From assembly GCA_051362555.1 (NCBI GenBank), contig CM120647.1, positions 7,316,001 through 7,380,000 on the forward strand: a stretch of DNA of 64,000 nt, written 5' to 3'. Shown here piece after piece: positions 12,401 through 24,000 of the stretch. Numbering within the stretch: position 1 is the stretch's first letter; the number at the start of each line of letters is the position of its first letter. The notes beneath the pieces are model-generated. The model searched no databases. It had not been told where the DNA came from and worked only from the letters and a program-made list of their open reading frames with translations. A program made the position numbers and the translations under genes. The stretch comes from Lingula anatina (lineage: Eukaryota > Animalia > Brachiopoda).

Positions 12401-15400
12401 AACTTTTCATTGTAAGGGAATTCTTATCATACTCACGGTCGGCACCCTCAGGCTGTAGAATCACCAGCTCATCTTCTCCGCCTTCGGACATTCTCAGACG
12501 CGCCGAGCGGAACGAGTCCTTGCAGTAGATGCGCTTGTGGGCGATGAAGTTGGGTAAGCCTCGGAACAGGTTACGACAGACACGACACTCAAAGATGACA
12601 TGGCACTCGCTGACTAGGAGGGACTTCATCTGGAAAGATTTTGGTAAAAGAGGTGAGTAAATGACATAAAAATCTCCAGGGACTTTACCTGGCAAAAATA
12701 TTATCAACTGAAGGTGAAATTTAAATAAAAGAGGTGAATTTCTGACATGAAAACACCTAGTGACTTCATCTGAAAAAAATTAGGGTAAAAGAGATAAATT
12801 ATTGACATAAAAATCTCCAGGGACTTTGCCTGGCAACTATATTACCAAGGTGAAATTTTGACTTTGAAATATACAAGGGACATCATCTGGAAAAGATTCA
12901 TCATAACTGATTTAAGCTATATGAGGTACATTTTTGACATTAAAATTATCAGGGAGTTCATCTGAAAAAGTAAAAGTGAATTATTGGCAGTGTTATAAAT
13001 GACATAAAAATCTCCAAGGTCTTTCTCTGAAAAATATAAATTACGGATGGGGGAAAATGGCAAAGTAACTGGCAACTCCATCTAGAGAATAAACGGTGAA
13101 CTTTAGGTACAATTAACTCCAACAGACCACCCTTTGATATAAAAAAATACGCACTCCATTTTTTTTCTGTCACTGCTCAACTTGCAACTAAAAGCACATG
13201 ACAGGTATTGTAAAATAAAATCAAAAAGATGACTATAAATACACCAAAAATAATAAGAAATGTGTAAAAATTTATAGAAAAAGTAAATGAAACGATACAA
13301 TTTCAAAGTAATTTGGTATTCAAAATTCATCCTTAAAAAAAAATGAAATGGATATTTAATGTATATGAAATTATACAACAAGATGAAAAATTCATAAAAC
13401 ATTTTTTCATGAATATAACATACCTCATCAGTCCCTGACTTAATACAATTAATGACTTGCTGGACGCCAGATACTCCCAACTCTATGGGTCGCCTCAACA
13501 GAGCATGGTCCGTCTTCTTCTTCTCTCCCTCCACCTCCACCCCAGAGGACTGTCCCGCAGCCACCGACGCCTTAGTCGCTGATTGGGCAACAACAGTCGC
13601 CGCAGTTGCTGGCTGTGATGTAATCACCTGCTGCGGTGGTGCCATCTGCGTCTGGACGGCTGATGCAGGATGCAGTTCTGCCTCGCCGTTCTCGTTGACT
13701 TGAATGATGACGTAGTTGGTTTCTTGCACGGGTTCCTGGGCCTCCAATGTCGGGGGTTCCTCACCTCCCTCCCCCGGTACCCCCTGGTCATCACCCACAG
13801 CTGCTTGGATGGTGGGGGCCTCTTCCTCTTCTCCCTGGACCTGAGACTAAAATGAGGAAAAATAAAATTAATAAATTAAGTTATAAAACATAAATTATGA
13901 CAACACCATATCATTATATTAATGTCCGTAAATGATAAAGGACTGAGACAAACATGACAAAATTCATAACATTTGCTTCATGTGAGTACAAGAAACTTTT
14001 TTTAAAATCAAACTCTTAAGATCATTAGAATTAGCTTATGTAATAAAAAAATTCCCATGTATCACCTATTTAGAGGAAAGTGCACCAACATTTACCACCA
14101 ACATGCAGTTGTAACCAGTCACTGTCAAGAAAACCTACCTCTGCTGCCTGGGCCTCATTAATTGCCACTTGGTCTGTTTCCATTACCCCCTGATATTAAA
14201 AAGCAAACATAAATTATTGTAAACTTTTGGAAGAAAAAGTAATATAACTGAGCAAGTTTTTTAGTATCAATTATTATAACTATCTCAGCTTCCATATTTG
14301 ATATGATCAGGGAGGACAATTCTTTTTATTTTGGAATATTGTATTATTTTTCTTCCTATTTTTTTGTCACTGCTATTAATTTCAACTAAACGCACAAGGG
14401 GTGTTTGACCAACGGAGCTCTAACCACAGAATCAACCGCCTCCTTGATGTGAAAAAAGGCTAGAAATCCTCATATCTATGATGGCATTCAAACATCAGGA
14501 CTTCACATTAATACCTCAGACCTACATGCACGTGTGGCAGAAATACTGAAAGTGGCACCTGTCCAATTTGCATAATGTTAAAAAAGAAGGCTATTTCTTC
14601 ATCCTTGTACCCTACTTCAATCCATGAATAACAAGTTTACTTAGCCTTAATGTGGTGGTTGGATTTGTTAGATGCAGTTAGAGAGGGAGGGATAGTGGGG
14701 GGGGGGGGGGGGAGGATTAGGGAAGGGGGTGGTAGAGGAGGGGTAATGGCTGCAGAAAGGTAGGGGGTGAAGGAGGAGGTGGAGGAGGGGTTATGGCTGA
14801 GGAGTGGTAGCTAGGGGGTGTGGTATAGGGGTAGGGGGAGGAGGAAGGAGAAGGAGAGAATGAAGAGGGGACAGGTTTGTGGGATGAGGAGGGGTCAGGT
14901 TTGTGGGATGAGGAGGGGATGAGGAGGGGTCAGGTTTGTGGGATGAGGAGGGGATGAGGAGGGGTCAAGTTTGTGGGATGAGGAGGGGATGAGGAGGGGT
15001 CAGGATTGTGGGATGAGGAAGGGATGAGGAGGGGTTAGGATTGTGGGATGAGGAGGGGTCAGGTTTGTGGGATGAGGAGGGGTCAGGTTTGTGGGATGAG
15101 GAGGGGTATGGGAAAGAAAAGGAGATAAGGTTGAGGGAGGTAGGGAAGGCAGAGGATAGGGAGGAAAATGGGGATGAAGAGATAGATGAAGATGGGATGA
15201 TGAGGAGGTCCATGTTTACCTGTTGTTGCTGTAACATGGCCTCCTGCTGGGGGTCTACAGCCACATGCTGCTGGGCCATGGCTTGCTGCTGGATTGCCTC
15301 CTGGAATAAGATCAGTAATAATGTCAGGGAACAATAATCTTACCTTCTTTTATTCTCATTAACAAATGCTGATAAAAAAAATATTACTGATAAGTACTAG

Positions 15401-16802
15401 CACATAATGAGGTATATGTTTTCAAGATTTAAGAAAATTCAAAATGCACTGCAACCACATACAGATATATACACCAGTTTTTGTATATCCCTTTCAATAA
15501 TTATACAGTACAAAACACAAAAGGAATTGTATGTACGCTGGTACAACTCTATGCAAACTGTTGCTCAGCCACTAAATGTCTACTACCAATATTACTGTAA
15601 TTATCATCACTCTTATTATTACTTATATCCTAATCTTATCTGTCTACTTACTATAGTACCTATTTATTCACTATCATTTTTTTCTTTTATTTATTTGTTT
15701 CCGCTAATAAATATATTTATCCAGTCATTCATTCATCCACTTTTTATTCATTTATTTGTTTATTTACCAGTTGTTCTCTTGCTGCTTGTTCTTGTGCCAT
15801 CTGCTGTATCAGCATTTGTTGTTCGATAATCTGCTCAGCTGTCATCTGTTGTTCTTCTGCTGCTGGCTCCCCCTGTGGGTCATTTACCACATCAACCTGT
15901 GGCTCCATCTGCTGGCCACCTTCCACATCAACCTGTGGCTCCATCTGTTGCCCAGCCTCTACATCAACCTGTGGCTCCATCTGTTGCCCAGCCTCTACAT
16001 CAACTGGTGGCTCCATCTGTTGCCCAGCGTCTACATCAACTTGTGGCTCCATCTGTTGCCCAGCTTCCACGTCAACTGGTGGCTCCATCTGCTGGTCACT
16101 TTCGATATCAATTTGTGGTTCCATTGGTTGCTGCATGTCTTGGTCTGTGTCCTGTGGGGCCATCTGCTGGTCAGCTGAGTCTTCTAGCAAGGGCTGCATC
16201 TGACCTTCTGCAGCAGGGTTAGCTACAGGCTGCAAATTATCACATTTCCAATCAAATATTTCTTTTTCGTCACACTGAACTGTATGAGACTGTATGGTGA
16301 TCTTTCAATGCTTATATTCATTCTCATTTCAAATGTTTAACATTTTCATTCATTTCACCATTCATAAGTTTGTTCTCATGTTACTTTCTAGACAATGACT
16401 GATAAAGTTCCTTTCAAAATTAACAATATTTAATATTTTTAGATGTAACCTTTTATTTTTCTGCTATGAATGAAAGAATGATAGTTTAATCTATTTATTT
16501 TATTTTTCACTCTGTTTAAAGTATTGTCAGTGTTACAAATTTCAATTCATAGTAAATAATAATGGCCGATTGAGATTCAACTATACCTCCATCCCCGATT
16601 CTTGTGTAGATTGCTCTTCGATTTGCTGAGTCACAACAGCTGGCTCCTCTTGAGTGCCTTGTGCTTCCACCTGGTGGAGGAATGCCTGGTCGCCATCTTG
16701 TCCCATGTAGGTCTCCATTCCCGGTTCATCCTGTACTGGAGTGCCCTGGTCTTCTCGGCTCACAGTTTCCACCCCCGCCTCTACTGGGGTACCCTCAGAC
16801 AT
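5128..16802 (-). CDS. ZNF800: ZNF800-like C2H2 zinc-finger protein, 13 coding exons, about 1109 aa
   Basis: Phase-consistent GT-AG exons: 16802-16587, 16229-15768, 15300-15220, 14189-14139, 13840-13424, 12629-12437, 11809-11060, 10655-10346, 9831-9737, 7410-7241, 6754-6598, 5932-5766, 5388-5128 (3330 nt total). The segment DHALLRRPIELGVSGVQQVINCIKSGTDE/MKSLLVSECHVIFECRVCRNLFRGLPNFIAHKRIYC matches the ZNF800 N-terminal signature as I recall it. Further fingers: CLNC..H..H, CIFC..H...H, CLKC..H...H, CKLC..H...H. Probable non-coding first exon with donor at 17794/17793. Confidence 0.82.
6110..6494. repeat. Degenerate (ATC/ATT)n low-complexity intronic tract, preceded by (GA)n at about 6060-6100
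   Basis: Runs of ATCATCATT trinucleotides. Confidence 0.7.
6495..6668. repeat. 87-bp tandem duplication spanning an exon 3' end and its 5' splice site
   Basis: Copies 6495-6581 and 6582-6668 differ at 2 positions. Each contains CAG|GTGGGT on the minus strand. Confidence 0.9.
12245..12380. mobile_element. Fragment of a CACTA/EnSpm-like non-autonomous element
   Basis: CCC start followed by dense GCAGCAAA/TTGCTGC motifs in both orientations. Confidence 0.35.
12620..13035. repeat. Degenerate tandem repeat containing copies of the exon-6 3' splice site
   Basis: GGAC(T)TCATCTG(G)AAA at 12621, 12761, 12878 and 12952, alternating with TGACATAAAAATCTCCAGGGACTTT blocks. Confidence 0.7.
14680..15110. 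repeat. G-rich tract and 24-bp minisatellite (GGGGTCAGGTTTGTGGGATGAGGA) with 12-bp sub-repeat GGGGATGAGGA
   Basis: Direct reading of 14870-15105. The tract is intronic. Confidence 0.85.
15890..16110 (-). repeat. Coding 36-bp tandem repeat (QQMEP[Q/P]VDV[E/D]AG, about 6 copies)
   Basis: Visible in ORF 15744-16235 and inside exon 2 of the ZNF800-like gene. Confidence 0.9.
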
Positions 16803-17793
16803 TTTGTACACAGTGCTGCAAGGAGATAAGCCAGCAAATGTTTTTGCTTTTGCAATAAATTTCACTACGCAATTTAAAAAGTATTAACTGTAACAACGTA
16901 AAAAGATATATAAGTAAATGAAAAATATGAAAAGTTCATTTTTTTTTGCTAGAATTATTAATTAGTACTGTAAAATGCTGAAGTAAATCTTAATTCAATT
17001 ATTGTTTGGGTCATGTATTGAGAAATTTTAATAATAATAATTAAAAAGGTGACCAGAATCAAGATAAGCGGCAAAGTAAATGAAAAAAAAAAAATAATAA
17101 ATAAATAAATAACTTTGATCTGCTGTGATTTGAACGTGCACTAAACTGCAAGCTAAGGAACCTATAAGAAACTTGACAATCTTTTTTCACTTTTCAAAGA
17201 TATCCACGTAAACAAATCCCAAAAATACATAAATGAAATAACAAAAAAAATAAATAAAATAAAAAAAAAATAAATAAATAAATAAATAGTTCACATAACA
17301 AAATTTTGTCTTACAATAATTCACAGTTGTTTTTAATCTCCGTGATAAAGAAAGCAAAAATTCAATAACGAAATCGATAACCTGGAAACCTACAACAACT
17401 TGACCCAGTTTTCCAATAACTGCGGTGCATACATTACGCCTCGTCATTATAATAAGCCATGAATAGCATGGGCGGGTTTTGCATTCAAAACCAAAAATAT
17501 ACACCCCCGAAAACCATCCGAGCTAACTGCTCAATTATTAAGAAGGTAGAAACCTTGATGGAATAAAGTAGTTTCGTTCTGGCGATTCTGTTAGCGGCAA
17601 ATTGTACAGATGAGGCGGCGAATATGCTCAAGCACAATCATTCAACGCAATCGGCTTCATTCTTCCATTTTGGTTGAGACCGACAAGATGTGTCGCGCAA
17701 TGTGCTCCACTGAGGCCCCATTTCCCCTCGATTCTTCGCGTGCAATAACTTTACCCTTCATACTTTAGAAATATCAGCACAACCCCGACTTAC

Positions 17794-18001
17794 CTAGCTC
17801 CTCTGAAGTAAATTTGGACAGAATACGTTAATTTTCTCTCTCTGAGCACGCCAGCGCCGGTAACAAAGCCTGATGCATTGTGGGTACAGGTGCTTGCGTT
17901 CATCCGGGCTTTAAAGATGGCTGCTTCCTGCAGCTTCTGTTGTTTACCTTAGATTCCAGCCAGATTTTGTCAATTCAACAACAAATTTGGAATATTTTAA
18001 G
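17794..18001. promoter_or_regulatory. Bidirectional promoter and first non-coding exons of ZNF800-like (-) and KLHDC9 (+)
   Basis: Locally CpG-rich. Divergent donors at 17794/17793 (-, AG|GTAAGT) and 18001/18002 (+, AG|GTATAT). ZNF143/Staf site TGCATTGTGGGTA at 17874-17886. YY1-like AAGATGGCTGC at 17914-17924. Confidence 0.65.
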
Positions 18002-18842
18002 GTATATTTTTTGAGGAGATAATCGTTTTGAATGGATGTTGAATTATTTAATAAGATTCACAAAATTTATATTCATTTTGAAATTGTATAGTGTAATTTA
18101 TTACGATTTTGCGCCATGCAATAACGCATGAAATTCAAATAAGAAAAGCATATCTAAAAATAAATATAAAAATTCAATCTTAAGATGTTAAGTGATGTTC
18201 TTGAACTGGTAACTAAATGTGGACAATTAGATCGGCTAGTCCAGACACTTAACAGCTGTCTGTATATCCCACTGCCGCTAATTTCTACATAATTTTCACA
18301 TCTTGTACTGTGTACATATTTACGTTCTACATAGTACATACATGCTATGTACAACATTGTCATTTGAGCACATGCTAATACCATACAATAGACAAACAAA
18401 ATGATAAAAATACATGACCAAACTTTAGATCTGAATGTATTTGTGTAATAATTGATTTAATAACTGATAAGTATTTTATTATATTAACTGTCAAATACTT
18501 TAATTTAGAATTAACATATACAGTACAAGTACTGTCAAGTTCTTTTTTGTATTTACATACTAATTCAAATGGTCATGCTATTTTCATACATATTTTTCCA
18601 TTGAAATTATAATTGAATTATGTATCTTTTACAATTAGTTTTGTTAAAACAATTGTTTCTCTAATGCTTACTTAAAAATATATATTTTAACTGTCATACC
18701 ATCCTGTCTATAATACATTGAATACATATTTTGAATATGCACTTTACAGCTAATTTATGTATTATTTTATCAATTTTTTCCACTGGACAATGCCTGCATG
18801 TTGCACTACAACTGTATTTTTTTTTTCTTATTACAGGTTGCC

Positions 18843-19832
18843 ATGGCAGCAGCCCCTGCCATCCCAGATGTCCAGTTTGAAGTGGTCAGTCCCTGTGGTC
18901 CGGCCCTTTGCCACCATGTTGCATGTCTCGTTGGTGGAAACATTTACGTTCACGGCGGTGTGGATAAAAAGGGGGGCACCACCCCCTGCAATAAACTCTA
19001 CCAGTTCAATTTCATATCGAGCACATGGAGAGAGATTTTGAAGGAGGGATCACCATTTTTAAACCATCATGCTGCGGTGCTGTTAGAGAATAGGTACTTT
19101 GTTCTAATCGGAGGCTGGACTGGTAAAAAACGCTGCGCTGATGTTTACATGTTTGACACGCAGGAAGAAAAATGGATGCCACAGCCAACGGTGACAGGCT
19201 TTCCCGAAGGTGCCGGTCTCAGCTCACATACAGCAGTAGTGTTAAAGGATGCAAGTATTCTGATAATTGGACGTGAGGGTAGCACGCGGTTACAGCGGAA
19301 GTTTGGGAACGCTTTCTTGTTGACTGGTAGTGTGCATAAGGGTGCTTTTCATTATTCAGAACACACAATGGGCCTTGCTTCACGCTCGGGCCACACATGT
19401 AATATATTAGGCTCAAGGCTCATCATCATCGGGGGGCGCAGTGATAAACTGGTCGATCAGCACCAAGGGTTCAGAGAAATTCCAGGTGGGCCATCTGCTC
19501 CATCGATCCTCTCAGACCTGTCGGTCAGGTCTCAAAAGTTACAACCAATGGCTAAACTGCCGTGCGGCAGGAAGCATCACATCGCGGCTGGTGGCCATGG
19601 GTGTATTTTCATTCATGGTGGCGATACGTTTGATGGTAAAAGTCGAGAGCCTGTTGGAGAAATGTTCTTGGTGAGATTGGAGTCCCATGTGGAATGGTTT
19701 AAACTTGGAGTGAGCTCTTTGGGGAGGGAGGGACATGTTTGTTGTGTTGATAAGGACACCATTTTCATCCATGGAGGTTCGGGGGCCAGAAATATTGTCT
19801 ATGGAGATTTACACAAACTTACACTGAAGTAA
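18843..19832 (+). CDS. KLHDC9: Kelch domain-containing protein 9-like, single coding exon, 329 aa
   Basis: Kelch GG..W repeats. The motifs GGWTG, GLSSHT, GREGS.R.QR.FG and ASRSGH match KLHDC9 as I recall it. Acceptor TTACAG ends at 18836, ATG is in a GCCATGG context, and AATAAA lies near 20526. Confidence 0.85.
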   Translation: MAAAPAIPDVQFEVVSPCGPALCHHVACLVGGNIYVHGGVDKKGGTTPCNKLYQFNFISSTWREILKEGSPFLNHHAAVLLENRYFVLIGGWTGKKRCADVYMFDTQEEKWMPQPTVTGFPEGAGLSSHTAVVLKDASILIIGREGSTRLQRKFGNAFLLTGSVHKGAFHYSEHTMGLASRSGHTCNILGSRLIIIGGRSDKLVDQHQGFREIPGGPSAPSILSDLSVRSQKLQPMAKLPCGRKHHIAAGGHGCIFIHGGDTFDGKSREPVGEMFLVRLESHVEWFKLGVSSLGREGHVCCVDKDTIFIHGGSGARNIVYGDLHKLTLK

Positions 19833-20938
19833 AAATTGGTTTCTACAACCGATTTGCACATCAGGTCCAACAAATTTTGAGATCTGTTACATGTCTCAGA
19901 ATTAATTCTTGTTAATAGCCATTTATACTGATTAGAAGTCTTGAATTTCAGTTTTTTTAACACACTTGATATGAGGTATGAAGTATTACGTATGTTAAGT
20001 ATTGCTGGTTTTTCATTTGTTTGTACTAACCATAGTCCTGGAGGACTTGTGGAAAATGTTTGTTTTTTTTTTTTTTTTTTTAAATTGAAAATAAGAACTG
20101 TTGAATTTTTTTTCTGTGGTTTAATTCATTTTCCCCCTTACTTAGAGAAATAACGCCATAATTCAAAGCTGTCATTTTTAAACCATATTGTATGTTTTCA
20201 CTCTACACAGGGACCAATTTTTTTATGAAATCTGAAAATAATCCAGATTGTACAAAAAAAAAAAAAAAAAAAAAATCTCCCTTGGTCATGTTGGTCAGTG
20301 TTTTGTTCCATATAATTTTAGATTTTATAAGTACTTCATATTCTATTTTTTATACTTCAAAGTTATTACTTGGTTTTTACACACTTTCAAGTAAATTACA
20401 GTTTCTATTTCATATGGAATATCCCACCATTGTTACTCATTGTTAAATTAATTTTATTCAATACACATTTTAGCTACAGGTACTTTATGTGCTTCATTTA
20501 CTAAAGAAAATATTTTTATTGACTTAATAAAGATGTTATATTTTCTTCTGATCAGTTTGTTTCATTTCTAAAAAGTACATCTGATTCAGTGGATCAACCA
20601 AATGACCTGCATATAAACAAATTTTAAAAATAAATAACAAGAATGATCTTAATGTTCAAATTTTATTTTGAACTCAAACTTTGAATGAGAATTATGTTAA
20701 CTACCACCACTAAAGACAGTGCAATATGGAAAGTATATTTATTGAAAATTATTGAAAAAAAATTCAAAATGCCCCAAAGTCATATAGTTTTTTTGTCTAT
20801 AATATAAATTCACACTTGAAAATCAAACCCCTTCAAGTGATGGTATCAGAATGTCTGCCCAGTTATTTACAGTTATTGATTACATTACGGATGGATATAA
20901 AATATCAAATATAAGCGCTGCGACAGATAGAGCCATGA

Positions 20939-20977
<39 letters not shown>

Positions 20978-21052
20978 ATTTGGCAGTGAATTCCAAGACG
21001 GAGTACCTTGAATCATGTATAAGTTGACATTTCCCTGAAAAACATACTGGAT

Positions 21053-24000
21053 TCAGTCTGATTCGTATCGATGCTTGTGTTTATGCTTGTGCTTATGTTT
21101 ATGTTTCTTCTGTTTGTGGGACTTGTGACTCTTTCCTCTGCCCTCTGAATCTGATCCCCTGAATCAAATAAAACCAAAAAACTTTTTTTTATCAGGCAAA
21201 TGTATCAATGTTTTATCAATAAAAAAATTAAATTTTGATTACAACTATTTAGTGCAACTGTCAGATAAAAAGAATCCTATGAAAAAATTTAAACATTTGT
21301 CATGAGCAACTCGATTTTGCAGTTGAGGTTGAATGAAAGGGACCATCTCTTCTGACTTCCAATTATAAAGATCAATATTTTGCTTAATAGTATAAAAATA
21401 TTTTTCATGCAAAGGGAAACAGTGTGACTCTGAACCCTCCCCTAACTCTTTCAAACATTTAAACCCTCAAATTTAGCATTTTAATGATGATTTAACTGAT
21501 AAAAATCCCTTACCCTGAGAACTTGGCTGAAGATTCTCTGCTTTCCTGCTCTATAAATGAACTGGTTTCTCCATCCTTTTCTTGATGTGCCTCCCCATCC
21601 TCTTGGCTATGTAGTTCAGATAGAGCACCTGCATCTAAAGATGTGGAAGACGTCTTCAAGTTGTCTGTAAGTCCCTTAGTAGCATCCAACTCTTGATTTC
21701 TTTCATGTTTCACTGATGCCCCTTTACTACCAATAAAATTACTCTCATTGGTAAAGGACCCCTTTTGTTTATTCTCATTGTCGGTTTTACTTTTTTGATC
21801 ATCCCTCTCTTGTTCTGAATGGCTGTTTTGTCTTTCTGATTTTCGTTTGGAAGATTTGTCGTCTCTATCGCGGCTTCTTCGTCTGTGTTTCCTGTCCCCT
21901 CTATCAGATCGAGATCTTTTTCGATGACTTCTAGATCTTGATCTTGACCTAGACCTTGATCTTGACCTAAAAATAAAAGCAATACCTAAAAAACTTTGCA
22001 CTCCATTTTTTCTCGTTAGGACCCTTTTGGACAGCTTCACATCTTTTTAAACCTGAAACTTTCTAATTATAGTAAAAAGGAAGCTAAGCTAAATTAAAAA
22101 TTAAGTACTAAGTCTTATCAAAAAAAATAATAATAATAATAAAAATAGACTGGCAATTAATGATTTCCCAGATAAGGAAACCAAGGAAATGAAATTTTAA
22201 ATATTAAACATCAAACAAATATGTTTTACCAATTTTAAAATTAGAACAGTTTACTGTATATTTGGAAGTCAAATATCAATAAGTTTATGAAGTTGGCCTA
22301 TATTGAATATATGTCAGAGTAAACACCATAACGGATTCTTTAATAAAAAAAACATTTCTCACCTTTTTCTTCGAGAATTTTCTAGTATCTCAGCCCTCTC
22401 CTCTTCTGCTTTATCTTCAGCCATTTTCTCCAGTGCTTCCATCTGATTGGCAAAAACTTCTCTGATGACCTTAAAGCAGTTAACAGAAACACATGATAAT
22501 GCATTATATAATAGGAATTACAAATATTTTTAAAGTTACAGAATGCTCCTTATCTATTTATTTATTTATTTATATATTTATTTATTTATTTTTCTAAAAT
22601 AATGCAAAAAGAAACCACAACTGACCCTCTCACATAACATAAATATGATTCCTTTTGGCATTAAATGGCAATATTACATAGCTCAAGTTCATTTTCATGC
22701 TTTGATATTTTGAAAAACAAATCAGAACTATTGGTAAAATGTTTGCATGAATTTAAGATAGACACCCACAGAAACACACATTGATATTCTACCTCTGTGT
22801 AACTCTTCCTCGTGATGTGGACATTTTTGGCTCTGTATGTCTGACGTCTTCTTTTGAAATCTCTCATCTCCTTAACTTTCTCCATGTAAGACCTGGGTTC
22901 TTCTCCTGAGATGATCGTAAACATTACAGACATGAGAGCATTATCATGCTCATTATTATGAGACATCCCGATCCCCATCCCCGATCCCCTTTCCCCCCCC
23001 CCAAAAAAAAAAAAAAATTTTTTTTCATACATGCTTTATTCTTATATACCCAATCATTAAAACAAGGAGGAAAAACATTTCCATACATCATCATACAGTA
23101 AGGTAGTGGTAATGAGGTCAATGTCAATAAATAAATAAATATATAAATAAATAAATCTGACATCATCATGAAAGTCCCGTTTCCTACCTTCTTCTTTCTT
23201 TGGCATATCAGTTGGAAACAGCAATTCCTCTTCAGAGATGGAGATTTGTTTGTTAGCCGCCTTGGCCTGCTCTACGCTATATTCGTACACCGCTAGTCTT
23301 TCCTGAGGAGTGAGCTCAACCACAGCACGGTCCATGGTGGGTGGGACCTCTTTGAATATGTTGGCTGCTGGAACTAAAAAGAAGATTATTTTGTTAATTC
23401 TTTTCTTGGCAATACTTTTTGTTCTGATTACTAGATTTTCACCATCTTGGTTAAATAATGCCCCCAGCCCCACCTCCACCCCACTCACCCCCAAAAAACT
23501 CTATTTTCTCTCTTATTTTTCTTCAGTCAAAGTGCATTTCAATATATGGCAAAAAGTTTACAAAAACTGCAAATGTGATATTGTGAGTAAATCACATCCA
23601 AACCTTCTATTACACAATCTTTCTCAGATAAATCTTAACCACGTCTTCTCTAACACAATGGGCTGAGTTTTATACTAGTCAATACTGATCATATTATTAT
23701 GTATGAATATTACTAACTGTACTGTACTACGTGCATCCATTTCAAGTAATGGATATTTTAATCTGACAAAAATGTAATAACAAAAAAAAAAATCAATATT
23801 ATAATTGGTTACTCTCAAAGATTTACATTTCAAAAAAGGATATGTTTGAGGATACAAGTTCATAAAAAGTTCATAATATTCCGAATTCACGACTCACTTT
23901 GATCATTGCTGTAAAAGAAGTAAAACATTTAAAAAGCTAGGGATAAGAATTATCAATTTTTTGTAGAAAAAGTGGGATGTTTTAAAGGCAAGACAGGGTT

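Noticed and set aside
12393-12436. Extension of exon 6 to a GTAACG donor at 12396
   Set aside because: It gives phase 2, incompatible with the next exon. The GTGAGT donor at 12436 gives the required phase 1.
14395-14525. tRNA- or SINE-like segment (TGGTTAGAGC on the minus strand)
   Set aside because: No cloverleaf or correctly spaced B-box could be built.
14965-15337. ORFs with SSSHKPDP or LWDEEGSG repeats
   Set aside because: Translations of the intronic minisatellite. Only 15300-15220 fits the spliced model.
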